The notes beneath the pieces are model-generated. The model saw only the letters and a program-made list of their open reading frames with translations. It did no database searches and was not told the origin of the DNA. From NCBI RefSeq assembly GCF_963921235.1, contig NC_086097.1:132248001-132312000 (forward strand): a stretch of DNA of 64,000 nt. Reading direction: 5' to 3'. Of the stretch, positions 13,621-24,231 are shown piece by piece. Every line of letters begins with the position of its first letter. Within the stretch, counting starts at the first letter, position 1. The translations under genes were made by a program, and so were the position numbers. The DNA is from Mobula hypostoma (lineage: Eukaryota).

Positions 13621-13733
13621 CTACCTACCCTATCTAGGCCTTCCATAATTGTATAAATTCTCTCCTCAGTCTCCACTGCTTCTGAAAAAAAAATCCAAGT
13701 TTGTTAGAAGTTTGTCTTTTATATCGTTTCTGT

Positions 13734-14298
13734 TAAATAGGGGCCATGGACAATTCTGATTTGATGGAGACAGACATGAAAGCACAGAGGAACATCTGGA
13801 GAAATTTCTGAAACGCCGGTTCGCTGCCGCTGTTACTGGGCGATCGAGAATCTTCCGGAGGGAAGGCCTCAAAATCCCCGGCTTTGCCTGCTGCTGACGA
13901 CCAAGGCTGAGGTCGAATCGTTCAGATAGAGATGGTGCTCGGTACTTGGTGTCGGAGGGCTGATCGGAGGCTCAAAGTTTTCGGACGACTCAGAGTCGGA
14001 CTGTGGTCGGGCATGGCAGGGAGAGTTTTCTTCCTTCTCCCGTTTGCGTGAGACGTGGGACATTCGAGAGACTTTGAACTTTTTTACTGTGCCATGGCCT
14101 GTTCTTCATCAAGTTATGGTATTGTTGCACTGGTGTAACTATATGTTATAATTATGTGGTTTTTGTTAGTTTTTCAGTCTTGGTCTGTCCTGTGATTTGT
14201 GATATCACACCGGAGGAATATTGTATCATTTCTTAATGCATGCATTACTAAATGACAATAAAAGAGGACTATGTGTCCTCATAATCTAATCTAATCTA
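13734..14298 (+). mobile_element. Non-autonomous retroelement with (atcta)n tail
   Basis: Homologous to minus-strand copies at 20843-21535 and 42700-43275. Contains AATAAA and an atctaatctaatcta tail. Confidence 0.75.
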
Positions 14299-15237
14299 AA
14301 GCTGTATACCCTGTAATCCAGGTAACATCCTGGTAAACTTCTTCTGCATCCTTTCCAAAGTTTCCAAATCCTTCCTATAATGTGGGGGGACACAAATGAA
14401 CACAAGACTCTAAATGTGGCCTAAGCAAAGTTTTATACAGCAGCAACATGACTTCCCAACTTTTATACTCAGCACCATGACCTACGAAGGCAATTATGCT
14501 GTATGCCTTCATTAATCCCCCACCTCCCTCCCCAAATCTACTGGCATCACTGCCTAGTTCACTATTCAAGAACATGCCTGAATTAATATTGATGCCAATT
14601 CCACTTACCTATCACTTCCCCATAAAATGTGACATGCCTGTAGTCCAAAAACCTATCTCAGCTTTAAAAATGTTCAATGATTCAACCTCTATCTGGTAGG
14701 AAGTTCCAAAGATGTACAGTAATCTGAAAAAAGAAATCCCTTCTCTTCTCCATCTTATGGGTATTCCAAGATCAAAAATCGGCCAGAGGGGGAAATCCTT
14801 TCAAAACCTTTCAACAAGGCTGCTCAGTATAATTCAACTATTTGATTTGTTTCCCCGTTTGCCGAGCGAGAATTTATTCTATCGCAGATTTAACATTAAT
14901 AGAGGTGACTGAGTTTTCTGTAGGAGAGATTTTCATCCTTGGTGTGAGAAAGCACTTCCAAATTTCTTTCCTGAATCCCATAATTTAACCCTTGCCTACC
15001 TGGTAACATTCTGGTGCCTTATTCATTCAAAGGATAAGATGGTATGTTCATTGTAAGGTGAGGTGCTCACATTTCCACCATACCCCAACATGGCCATCCA
15101 AGGCATTGTGTAACTGCAACACAAGTTCATCTCCTTTACATTCCCCTCAAGATTCTATTACAGCTTCTGATTTTTTTTTTTTGCTCCTACTTCGCCCGAA
15201 CAACCTTTGGACTTCAGGTATCTTGTGAGCACTCATG

Positions 15238-15760
15238 CGTCCTGATGAAGGGTCTCAACCTGAAACATTGACTGTTTTTCTTCTCCATAGATGCTGTCTG
15301 ATCTGCTGAGTTCCACCAACATTTTGAGTGTGCTCATACAATAAACTTCCAGAGCAACGCACACAGCATGTTGGAGGAACTCAGCAGGTTAGGCAGCATC
15401 TATGGAAATTAATAAACAATTGGCATTATGGGTTGAGACCCTTCTTCAGGAGGGGAAAGGGAGGGAGAAGACTCCAGAATAAGAAGGTGGAGGAGTGGAA
15501 GAGTACAAGGTGATAGGTGAAGTGCAGGAAGGGGGATGAAGTTCGAAGCTGGGAGAAGGAGGAATCTGATAGGAGAGGACAGTGGGCCATAGGGGAAAGG
15601 GAAAGAAGAGGGGCACCGGGGGAGGAGTTTGTGATCACTAGATGAGAAGAAGAGGGAAGAGGGGAGCCAGAGTGGGGAATAGAAGAAGAGTGAAGGAGGA
15701 GGAGGAAAATTACCATAAATTGGAGCTGTTATGTTCTGCAACTCCAGAACTAATTGACAG
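15238..15760. mobile_element. Inverted (tail-to-tail) Penelope pLTR remnants with decayed hammerheads
   Basis: Plus strand: gtcCTGATGAagggtctcaacctGAAACattgact (15239-15273). Minus-strand copy from ~15355 with CTGAAGAagggtctcaaccc and a purine-rich tract. Confidence 0.75.
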
Positions 15761-16273
15761 AAAAACACACGAGCCAGGATTCTTGCCTACTGAGTTTTCC
15801 TTTCCTGCTTTTATCGTGCAGCACTCACATAAGACATGGTGGCGTAATAAGTATGCGATTCACATACCTTGCATATGATCCAATATACTCTTGAATATCT
15901 CTGTCGTCTTTCGTGAGGACTGCTTGTCCAGGAGTGAAACACTGAACCTCCTTGTTTTGAAGAGCCTTCAATTCGTCTCAGATGTTTGTCCTACATACTC
16001 CTTCTGAGGCTGGGTTTGAGGAGATCCAAATGTGAGCACAAGGGAACAGCGTAGCTGATGAGCTGTTGGTGAGGGAGTGTGCTGCTTTGCAATATGCAAG
16101 GGAGAAAATGGCAAGCTTCTAATTCAGTGTCAGTGTGTTGTGTTCTGCTGACATTGCTCGCAATGCTTTCTTTAGAACCTGGACAGATCTTTCTGCCAAG
16201 CCTTTTGTAGATGGGTGATACGATGCAGATGTATCATGTCTTTCTCCATTTATTTTTAAGAATGATTGAAATT

Positions 16274-16452
16274 AAATTCTTCTCGGGCTTCCAGCTGGGT
16301 ATAGCTATCGATTATGATCAATTTTTCAATGACAAACTCTGCCATATTCTTCAGGGATTGTTAGTCATCGAAATGTCGGAAATAACCGATACCTATACCA
16401 GGCTGGAAGCCCGAGAAGAGTTTATTTCTCATATACGCCTAGATCCTTTCTC
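16274..16452. mobile_element. Palindromic mini-Penelope-like insertion (second family) with a hammerhead remnant
   Basis: Inverted arms ttctcgggcttccagc..tatcgattat / ataaccgata..ggctggaagcccgagaa. Flanked by aatga(t/c)tgaaatt at 16261-16273 and 16453-16465. Confidence 0.7.
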
Positions 16453-16618
16453 AATGACTGAAATTGTTCCGCAACAAACCGCTGTCCATTGTCAGTGACT
16501 AAGTGTTCTGCAATACCATCCTTTGAGAAGAGGCTTCTCAACACTTCAACCATGTGTGAAGCTGTAGTGGAGGCTATTGGAAACACTTTTGGCCACTTTG
16601 TAGCTGCACCCACTGCAA

Positions 16619-17298
16619 ACATAGAAACATAGAAACATAGAAAATAGGTGCAGGAGTAGGCCATTCGGCCCTTCGAGCCTGCACCGCCATTTATTATGAT
16701 CATGGCTGATCATCCAACTCAGAACCCAGCCTTCCCTCCATACCCCGTGACCCCTGTAGCCACAAGGGCCATATCTAACTTCCTTTTAAACATAGCTAAT
16801 GAACTGGCCTCAACAGTTTGCTGTGGCAGAGAATTCCACAGATTCACCACTCTCTGTGTGAAGAAGTTTTTCCTAACCTCGGTCCTAAAAGGCTTCCCCT
16901 CTATCCTCAAACTGTGACCCCTCGTTCTTCCAACGAGTACAAGCCCAGTTCATCCAGTCTTTCTTCATATGAAAGACCTGCCATCCCAGGAATCAATCTG
17001 GTGAACCTTCTTTGTACTCCCTCTATGGCAAGGATGTCTTTCCTCAGATTAGGGGACCAAAACTGCACACAATACTCCAGGTGTGGTCTCACCAAGGCCT
17101 TGTACAACTGCAGTAGTACCTCCCTGCTCCTGTACTCGAATCCTCTCGCTATAAATGCCAGCATACCGTTCGCCTTTTTCACCGCCTGCTGTACCTGCAT
17201 GCCCACTTTCAATGACTGGTGTATAATGACACCCAGGTCTCGTTGCACCTCCCCTTTTCCTAATCGGCCACCATTCAGATAATAATCTGTTTTCCTAT
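16619..17298 (-). mobile_element. Young CR1 3' fragment inserted in the Gypsy integrase
   Basis: ORFs 16907-17248 and 16719-16910 (QRDLGV..LYKALVRPHLEYCVQFWSP; FFTQRVVNLWNSLP). (atagaaac)n tail; internal deletion near 16927. Confidence 0.92.
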
Positions 17299-17499
17299 TG
17301 AATGGTTTGACAAAATCGACATGTTATTCTCTGCCAGGCCAGTGCAGGCCATTGCCAGGAACAGAGAGGCACTGATCTTGGCATCTTTGAATGCGATAGC
17401 ATCCCGAACAATGCATGGCAAGCTGCTCGATCTGCTGATCTATTCCAGGCCACCAGACAAAGCTGTGAGCCAATACTTCCATTTTGACTATGCCTAGAT

Positions 17500-18273
17500 C
17501 AGAGGTCCCCAACCTTTTCTCACCACAGACTGGTTTAATATTGACAATATTCTTGCGGAGCAGCCGACGGGGGGTGGGGGAGGGGGGTTGTTCAAGTAGG
17601 GTTAAACTCACCTCAACATGTCTTTTACAGTTAGGGTTGCCAACTTTCTCACTCCCAAATAAGGGACAAAAGTAGCAGTCAAATCCCTGGACGCTTGTGT
17701 TTACCCCAGGAAAGACTACCATGACCATGAAGCCTTGCGCAGGCACCTGTATGCACATGTGTGACATGCGCATGCGCATATGTACCGATTTTTTTTCCAC
17801 AAATCGGTTTTGGCTTAATCTTTCCGACTATACTGTACATACATTATTTCTACTTTATATAGGCTGTGTATTTATCATATCATTCCTGCTTTTACTATAT
17901 GTTAGTGTTATTATCAGTTTTATGTGTTACTTGGTATGATTTGGTAGGTAATTTTTTGGGGCTGGGAATGCTCAAAAAAATTTCCCATATAAATTAATAG
18001 TAATTGCTTCTTCGCTTTACGACATTTCAGCACGAAAGGTTTCATAGGAACGCTCTACCTTAGCGGAGGAAATATGGGACAAGGGCGGTCCCGTATGGGA
18101 CAAACCAATTTAGCCCAATATACAGGATGTCCCGGCAAATATGGGACAGTTGGCAACCCTATGTTCAAGTTCAACAGTGCATGACAGGGAATGAGGAAAG
18201 ATGCAGCTGACTTATATTGTTTCCTCGCGGCCCGGTAGCACATGCTTTGCGGTCCAGTGGTTGGGGACTGCTG
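17500..18273. mobile_element. hAT-Charlie-like MITE containing a second hAT-like element and a Tigger end
   Basis: Outer TIR cagaggtccccaacc / ggttggggactgctg. Inner element 17597-18161 has tagggtt / aacccta ends and an 8-bp TSD tgttcaag. 17830-18065 matches the Tigger end at 31453-31690. Confidence 0.75.
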
Positions 18274-18884
18274 GCCTCAGATGACTGGCATGTAGCTTCT
18301 CCTACACTTCATCTCTCAGTTTGGATGGTACAATCCCCACATAAGCCAACCCTATTTGACTTTTATGGGAGAATTGGAATTTCTGCTGCACATTCCAGAC
18401 ATTTTGTTTTGCTGGGTAGACCTGATACAGTCTATAAACTTTTCTGGTTTTGCTTTGGACCATCTCTGCCACAGCAGCATGACTTTCGATTTGCATTCAG
18501 GAGAATATGTCAAGAGAAGTGTCCTCTTTTGTAAATTTTTCAGGTATTTATTTTTCCAAGGATAAATGGGATAATCCATCAGCATTTCCATGATTAGTTG
18601 TCCTCTTGAATTACATTTTGTAATTGTGCACTCCAAGAAACAGAGTCCAGCTCTGCATTCATAATGTTGCTGTTAGCATAACACCCTTCAGCGGACTGAA
18701 AATGGACACCAGTGGTTGATGATCAGCAATGAGGATAAACTCTGATCGAAAAGTTTTATACCCCAAACTAGACTCAAGGTCTCTCTGTCAATCTATGTGT
18801 AAATTTTCTCAACAGTAGTAAGGGAACATGATACAAAGGCTATGGGACATTCACTTCAATCATTCATAACATTGACATGACTTC

Positions 18885-20335
18885 TTTTATTTATTCACTT
18901 ACAGGATGTGGGTGTCGCCAGCTAAGCCAGCATTTATTGCCCATCCCTAGATGCCCTTGAAAGGATGGTGATGAGCTGCCCTGCCCTGTTGAACCACTGT
19001 GGTCCCTAAGGTGTGGGTACACCCACAGTGCTGTTAGGGAGGGAATTCCATGATTTAGGTCCAGTGAAGAAAAGGCTATATATTTCCAAGTCAGGATGGT
19101 GAGTGACTTGGAGGGGTATTTCCAAATGGTGGTGTTCCCAGGTATCTGCTGTTCTTGTCCTTCTAGATGGTAGTGGTCGTGGGTCTGGAAGGTGCTGCCT
19201 TTGGAATTTTGGCATGTTGTTGCAGTGCATCTTGTAGATAGAACACACTTATGCAACTGTTCATCAGTAGTGGAGGGACAGAATGCTTGTGGAAGTGATA
19301 TTAATCAAGTGGGCTGCCTTGTACTGGATGGTGTGAAGCTTCTTGAGTGTTGATGGAGCTGCACTCATTCAGGCGAGTGGTGAACATTCCATTACACTCC
19401 CGACCTGAGCCTTGTAGATGGTGGACAAGCTTTGGGGAGTCAGGAGGTGAGTTACACGCCACAGGATTCCTAGCCTTTGATCTGCTCTGGTAGCCAGAGT
19501 GTTAATATGGCTAGACCAGTTCAGTTTCCTGTCAATGATAACCCCCAGGATGTTGATAGTAGGGGATTCAGTGATGGTGATGCCACTGAGCGTGATGGGG
19601 CAATGGTTAGAGCCTCTCTTGTTGGAGATGGCCATTGCCTGGCATTTGCATGGCTCAGATGCTCAAGCCTGCATATTGTCTTAGGCCAGCTGCATTTGGG
19701 TATGAGCTGCTTCACTCTTTGAGGAGTCACGAATAGTGCAGAACATTGTGCAGTCATCTGCAAACATCCCCACTTCTGACCTTATGATGGAAGGAAGGTC
19801 ATTTATGAAGCAGCTGAAGATGGTTGGTCCTAGGACTCTTCCCCGAGGAACTCCTGCAGTGATGTCCCGAGGATAAGATGATTGACCTCCACCCACCACA
19901 ACCATCTTCATTTGTGTCAAGTATGATTCCGACCAGCGGAGGGTTTCCCCCTAATTCTCACCAATTGCATTTTAGCTAGCCCATCTTAATGCCATACTCC
20001 ATCAAATGCTGCCCTGCTGTCAAGGGCCATCATTCTAACCTTACCTCTGGTGTTTAGCTCTTTGGTCCAAGGAGGCGATAAGGTCAGGAGCTGAGTGGCC
20101 TTGACAGAACCCAAAATGGGCATCCACAAGCAGATTATTGCTGAGTAGGTGCTGCATGAGAGTACTTTTGATGACCCTTCCATTATCTTACTGATGATTG
20201 AGAGCAGGCTAATAGGGTGGTCATTGATAGGGTTGGACTTGTCCTATTTCTTGTGTACAGAACATACCTGGGCAATTTTCCGCATTGCTAGGTAGATGCC
20301 AATTTTGTAGCTGTACTGGAACAGCTTGGCTGGTG
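18885..20335 (-). mobile_element. CR1/L2-group LINE 3' portion (RT), inserted in Gypsy RNase H
   Basis: RT motifs ALD..AAFDGVWH, AGVPRG.VLGPTIFSCFINDLP...MFADD, LSTIYKAQV. Confidence 0.85.
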
Positions 20336-20842
20336 TTGCACCTGTACCATAAGGCGAGGCATCACAGGCAAGCTTCACTGGACAATGTAGATCATAATGC
20401 TTGAGTACAATGTCTGATATCACCATTTCCTTTGCCTTTTGGAAAGCCACCTTACTCTGCTTTCTCCAGTGCCATTTCTTCCCGATCTTAAGTGATGAGT
20501 TCAAGGGGTGGAGCACGAGAGCTAAGTTTAGCAGGAGCCTGTATGATAATTGACAAATCCAAAAATGAACTGCAACTCTGACAAGTCCTTTGGCCTTGGG
20601 GTGTCCACCACTGCTTGAATTTTCTCAGCAGACCTGTGTAGTGCCTGGACATCAATAGTGTGACCACAATAAGATTTGGTTGATTTAAAGAATTCACACT
20701 TGATGCATTGTCCTCTGAGCCCAAGGCCTTTTAATCTTATTAACACTGACTTGAGATTTTGGAGATGTTCCTTGTCATCAGGTGACGCTGAGTGCATTGG
20801 CAGTCTTGCAGACCCTGCTCCATAGCTCTCCACCAGAGTGCT

Positions 20843-21535
20843 TTGTTTAGATTATAGATTATGAGGACACACAGTCCTCTTTTATTGTCATTTAGTAATG
20901 CATGCATTAAGAAATGATACAATTTGTTCCTGCAGAATGATATCACAGAAACACAAAACAAACCAAGACTAAAAAAAAACTGACAAAAACTACATAATTA
21001 TAACATATAGTTACAACAGTGCAAAGCAATACCATAATTTGATGAAGAACAGACCATGGGCACGGTAAAAAAAAAGTCTCAAAGTCTCTCGAAAGCCCCA
21101 GCATCTCACACAGACAGTTGAAGGGAGAAACTGTCCCTGCCATGAGCTTCCAGCGCTGCAAACTTGCTGATGCAGCATCCTGAAAGCACCCGACCAGTCT
21201 GACTCTGAGTCCATCCAAAAACTTCGAGCCTCCGACCAGCCCTCCGACACTGAGCACCAAACACCATCTCTGCAGAGTGCTTCGACCTCGGCCCCGGTAA
21301 CAGGCAATAGGTAAAGCCAAGGATCTGGGGCCTTCCCCTCCGGAGATTCTCGATCGCACAGTAGCAGCGGCAGCAAAGCAGGCATTACAGGAGTTTCTCC
21401 AGATGTTCCTCCATGCTTCTCACGTCTGTCTCCATCGAATCAGAATTGTACACGGCCCCTACTTAACAAATACAATATTGATTCAGAGCATTCGCGTGCG
21501 CTGCGTCGCACCGCCATCTTCTCCTCCCCTCCTCT
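20843..21535 (-). mobile_element. Apparently full-length non-autonomous retroelement ((atcta)n family)
   Basis: The 5' end reads gggaggagaagatggcggtgcgacg on the minus strand; the tail reads ttagattatagatt on the plus strand. Homologous to 13734-14298 and 42700-43275. Confidence 0.75.
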
Positions 21536-23817
21536 TTCAGTTCGCTTTCAGTTGACTCTTCTGCAGGGGATGTGGCATGAAAATGGTGGATGGATCCCCA
21601 ATCAGGTTGTAGTTATCTCAGCCACTCACCCCCATAATGCAAACCCTCCTATTTTCACTTTACAAAGCCCAATGTGTCTTGTTGGTTGCTGTATTTTACT
21701 GTTAAAAATATTCCCACAAGAGTTACCTTTTCTCCAGTATAAGTTCTTAGTTGGATATCTGCAGGATGCAGTTCAATATCTTTGAAATGCCATTCAAACT
21801 CATTGTGTGGAATGACCGAGTCAGTGTCTAATTGCATTTTTAATTAGTTTGCTGTTTCCTTCGGGGGTAGGCCATATTGCTTGTCTCTTGTTAGTTTTCA
21901 CATTGTAAATCTCAATGCTACTCAGTCCTATCCACTCATCAATCTCAGATTTTTCATCAACAACATGCAGATTAGAAAATAAAACTTGATTTTTTTGATC
22001 CTTTTCTCTTCCCTGTGCAGTCCATTTACTTTTTTCTGTATGACATGCTCTTTGTATGTATCCTACTTGGTTGCATTTTCTGCAAGTTTTTCCTTTAAAT
22101 CTGCAGTGGTCTGGTGTGTATTACCCCCAGCCACAATGGTAACACAATTTGTTCAGCCAAACGGATTTCTGATTAGACGTTGTAATTTTTTTCTTGCTCA
22201 CTTTCATTCCTGACTACAACTCTAGTCTCTGGCTGCTGTTTCCATTGATAGAGTGATTTCAACTGTTCTTTTAACTGTGAGTTGTACTTCAGTTAGGTAT
22301 CATTTTGGAACGCTTTCTTTTGAGATTCCATAATCTAAGTGATATCTCAGTGCATCAATAAGCCCATTACTGAAATGACAATGCTCAGACAATTTCTTCT
22401 TTTCAGCCGCGCGAGCCGAAATTGACCACCTTTCTGTTTGATTCCGGTTATGAAACCTAAAACAGTCTGCAATCAACAACAGTTATAAATGTTTCTGCAT
22501 TACGTTCACAATGTCAATAACACTAATTTCAGCTGGTTTGGTTGGAGCAGCTAAACGTTTAAGCAAACTGTATACTTTTCAGCAATGGCACTTGTTTTTT
22601 GTTGGCTATTCCATTTGCTTCTAAATACTGCTCAATTCTTTCAGTATACATCATCCAGTTATCTGTTGTGATATTGAATGTGTCTATCTTTCCAATGTAG
22701 CCAGCCATTTCTGCTTTATTTTTATTTATCATTGTTATCACCTGGTGCTCACTGTTTATGAACCCATGACGTTATTCGTTGCTTGTTAATTTTGTACATT
22801 AGCTGCCCTGGGAAAATGACTATGACAACCTAATCTCTCCATCTATTTTATATACTTCTATCAAACTGCCCCTCAGCTTCCCATGCTTCAGAGAAAACAA
22901 GTAAATTTGTCCAAGTTCTCCCTATCGCCACTATACTCTGATTTAGACAACAGTGATGAAACTTTTCTACACTGTCTCTGAAGCCTCTACATACTTCCTA
23001 GTGTGTGGTTACTGGAATTACACATTATACAGTTGACCCTCACACTAGGAGATGTATGTATTCTTAGAAAACAGTTCATTTTGCAACTTCCCACATTGTA
23101 AAGCCATATCAACTGTACATTATTTATGTTTTTGCTACTTTATGTTCTGATTTATGTACTTTACAATATTTTAAGTAAATATATTAATTTTATCTAATAA
23201 GTTAGTTTGGTAGTTTAAAATGTTTTGAATGCCACAGAGATTTGAAAATAGTTTTGACAGGAGCCATCTGTCGAAAGATTGTCAGAGTGTTTTGTTAATG
23301 AACCCTCGGGATCAGTCATGTGAGACCAAGTTGCCCCTACCTCCACTATACTACACTCTACTCTACGGGACAGTCATAGCATGCTAACCTCCAGGTCAAA
23401 AGATCCCAGGAGTCACCAACCATACATGCATCCTTGAGAAGAGTGTTGCAGATGTGGGGCTGTGCAAACACAGAAAACAGGCTGAGAAGTTCAAGATCCA
23501 GTCCAACATTCATGAGATAATTAGGTGAGCTTGATGATCATGGGAGTTTGTTGGGTATCAATTGACTGCCAAATCTCCTCCATTGCAACAGCAGTTATAC
23601 TCACAAACTTTGGGACATCCTAAAAAACACACTAGGGGCACAACAGAAATTTTCAAAATAGCTGAACTAGAATGGTATGCACCCAGGTCATCTAAATTTA
23701 AAAAGCACCAAGCAACCCAGGTTCAGTTTATCATTATACACACCAGGATGCAATGAAATTTCCTAGTTTGAGTAAAGCTGACAGAGTAAACAGTATAGGT
23801 GTTAATACGAATTAAAC

Positions 23818-24105
23818 TCAATGTTGGAGGAACTCAATAGGTCACAGCATCTGTGGAGGGAAATAGACAGTTGATATTTCATATCAATACCCTTCATTTG
23901 GACTAAAAGAGAGAGGGAAGATAGCCAGTATAAAAAGATGCAGGGAAGGAGTGAAGTAAAAGATGGAAAGTGTTAGTTGGATACTGGTGAATTTCTCGTA
24001 GTGAAACATCGACTGTCCACTTCTCTCCACAGACGCCTGACTGGCTGAGTTCCTCCAACATCTTGTTTTTTTGCTCAAGATTCCAGCATTTAGAGTCTTG
24101 TGTCT
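23818..24105. mobile_element. Head-to-head Penelope pLTR remnants
   Basis: atgttggaggaactca..gcatctgtggag mirrored by ctccacagacgc..tgagttcctccaacat. Decayed hammerhead halves (gaaacatcgactg at 24003). Confidence 0.65.
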
Positions 24106-24231
24106 TATGTCTTGTGTCTCCATGATAATAATAAAGACAGTAACAAGCACAAAATGGGATGGTGCAAAAATTATAGTGTGATGTGAACTAGTGCAAAGAG
24201 AAATGCTAAACGTTCAGAAGGCAACATTTCT

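Larger units (their letters stand above)
15775..22780 (-). mobile_element. Degenerate Ty3/Gypsy LTR retrotransposon internal region (gag-PR-RT-RH-IN) with nested insertions
   Basis: Gag N-terminus (IGKIDTF...NWMMYTERIEQYLEANGI, 22559-22741), CxxC knuckle ~22130, protease MQLDT (21837), RT/RH (KCEFFK..SYCGH; LACDASPYG), integrase H2C2 (GIVKM..LA..FVWWPGID..IEQL..HCSGC) and core (KWPKVF...VTDNG). LTRs not recognised. Confidence 0.88.

Noticed and set aside
15040..15160. Possible Gypsy PPT/3' LTR
   Set aside because: Better explained as an old CR1 remnant; there is no matching 5' LTR near 22.8 kb.
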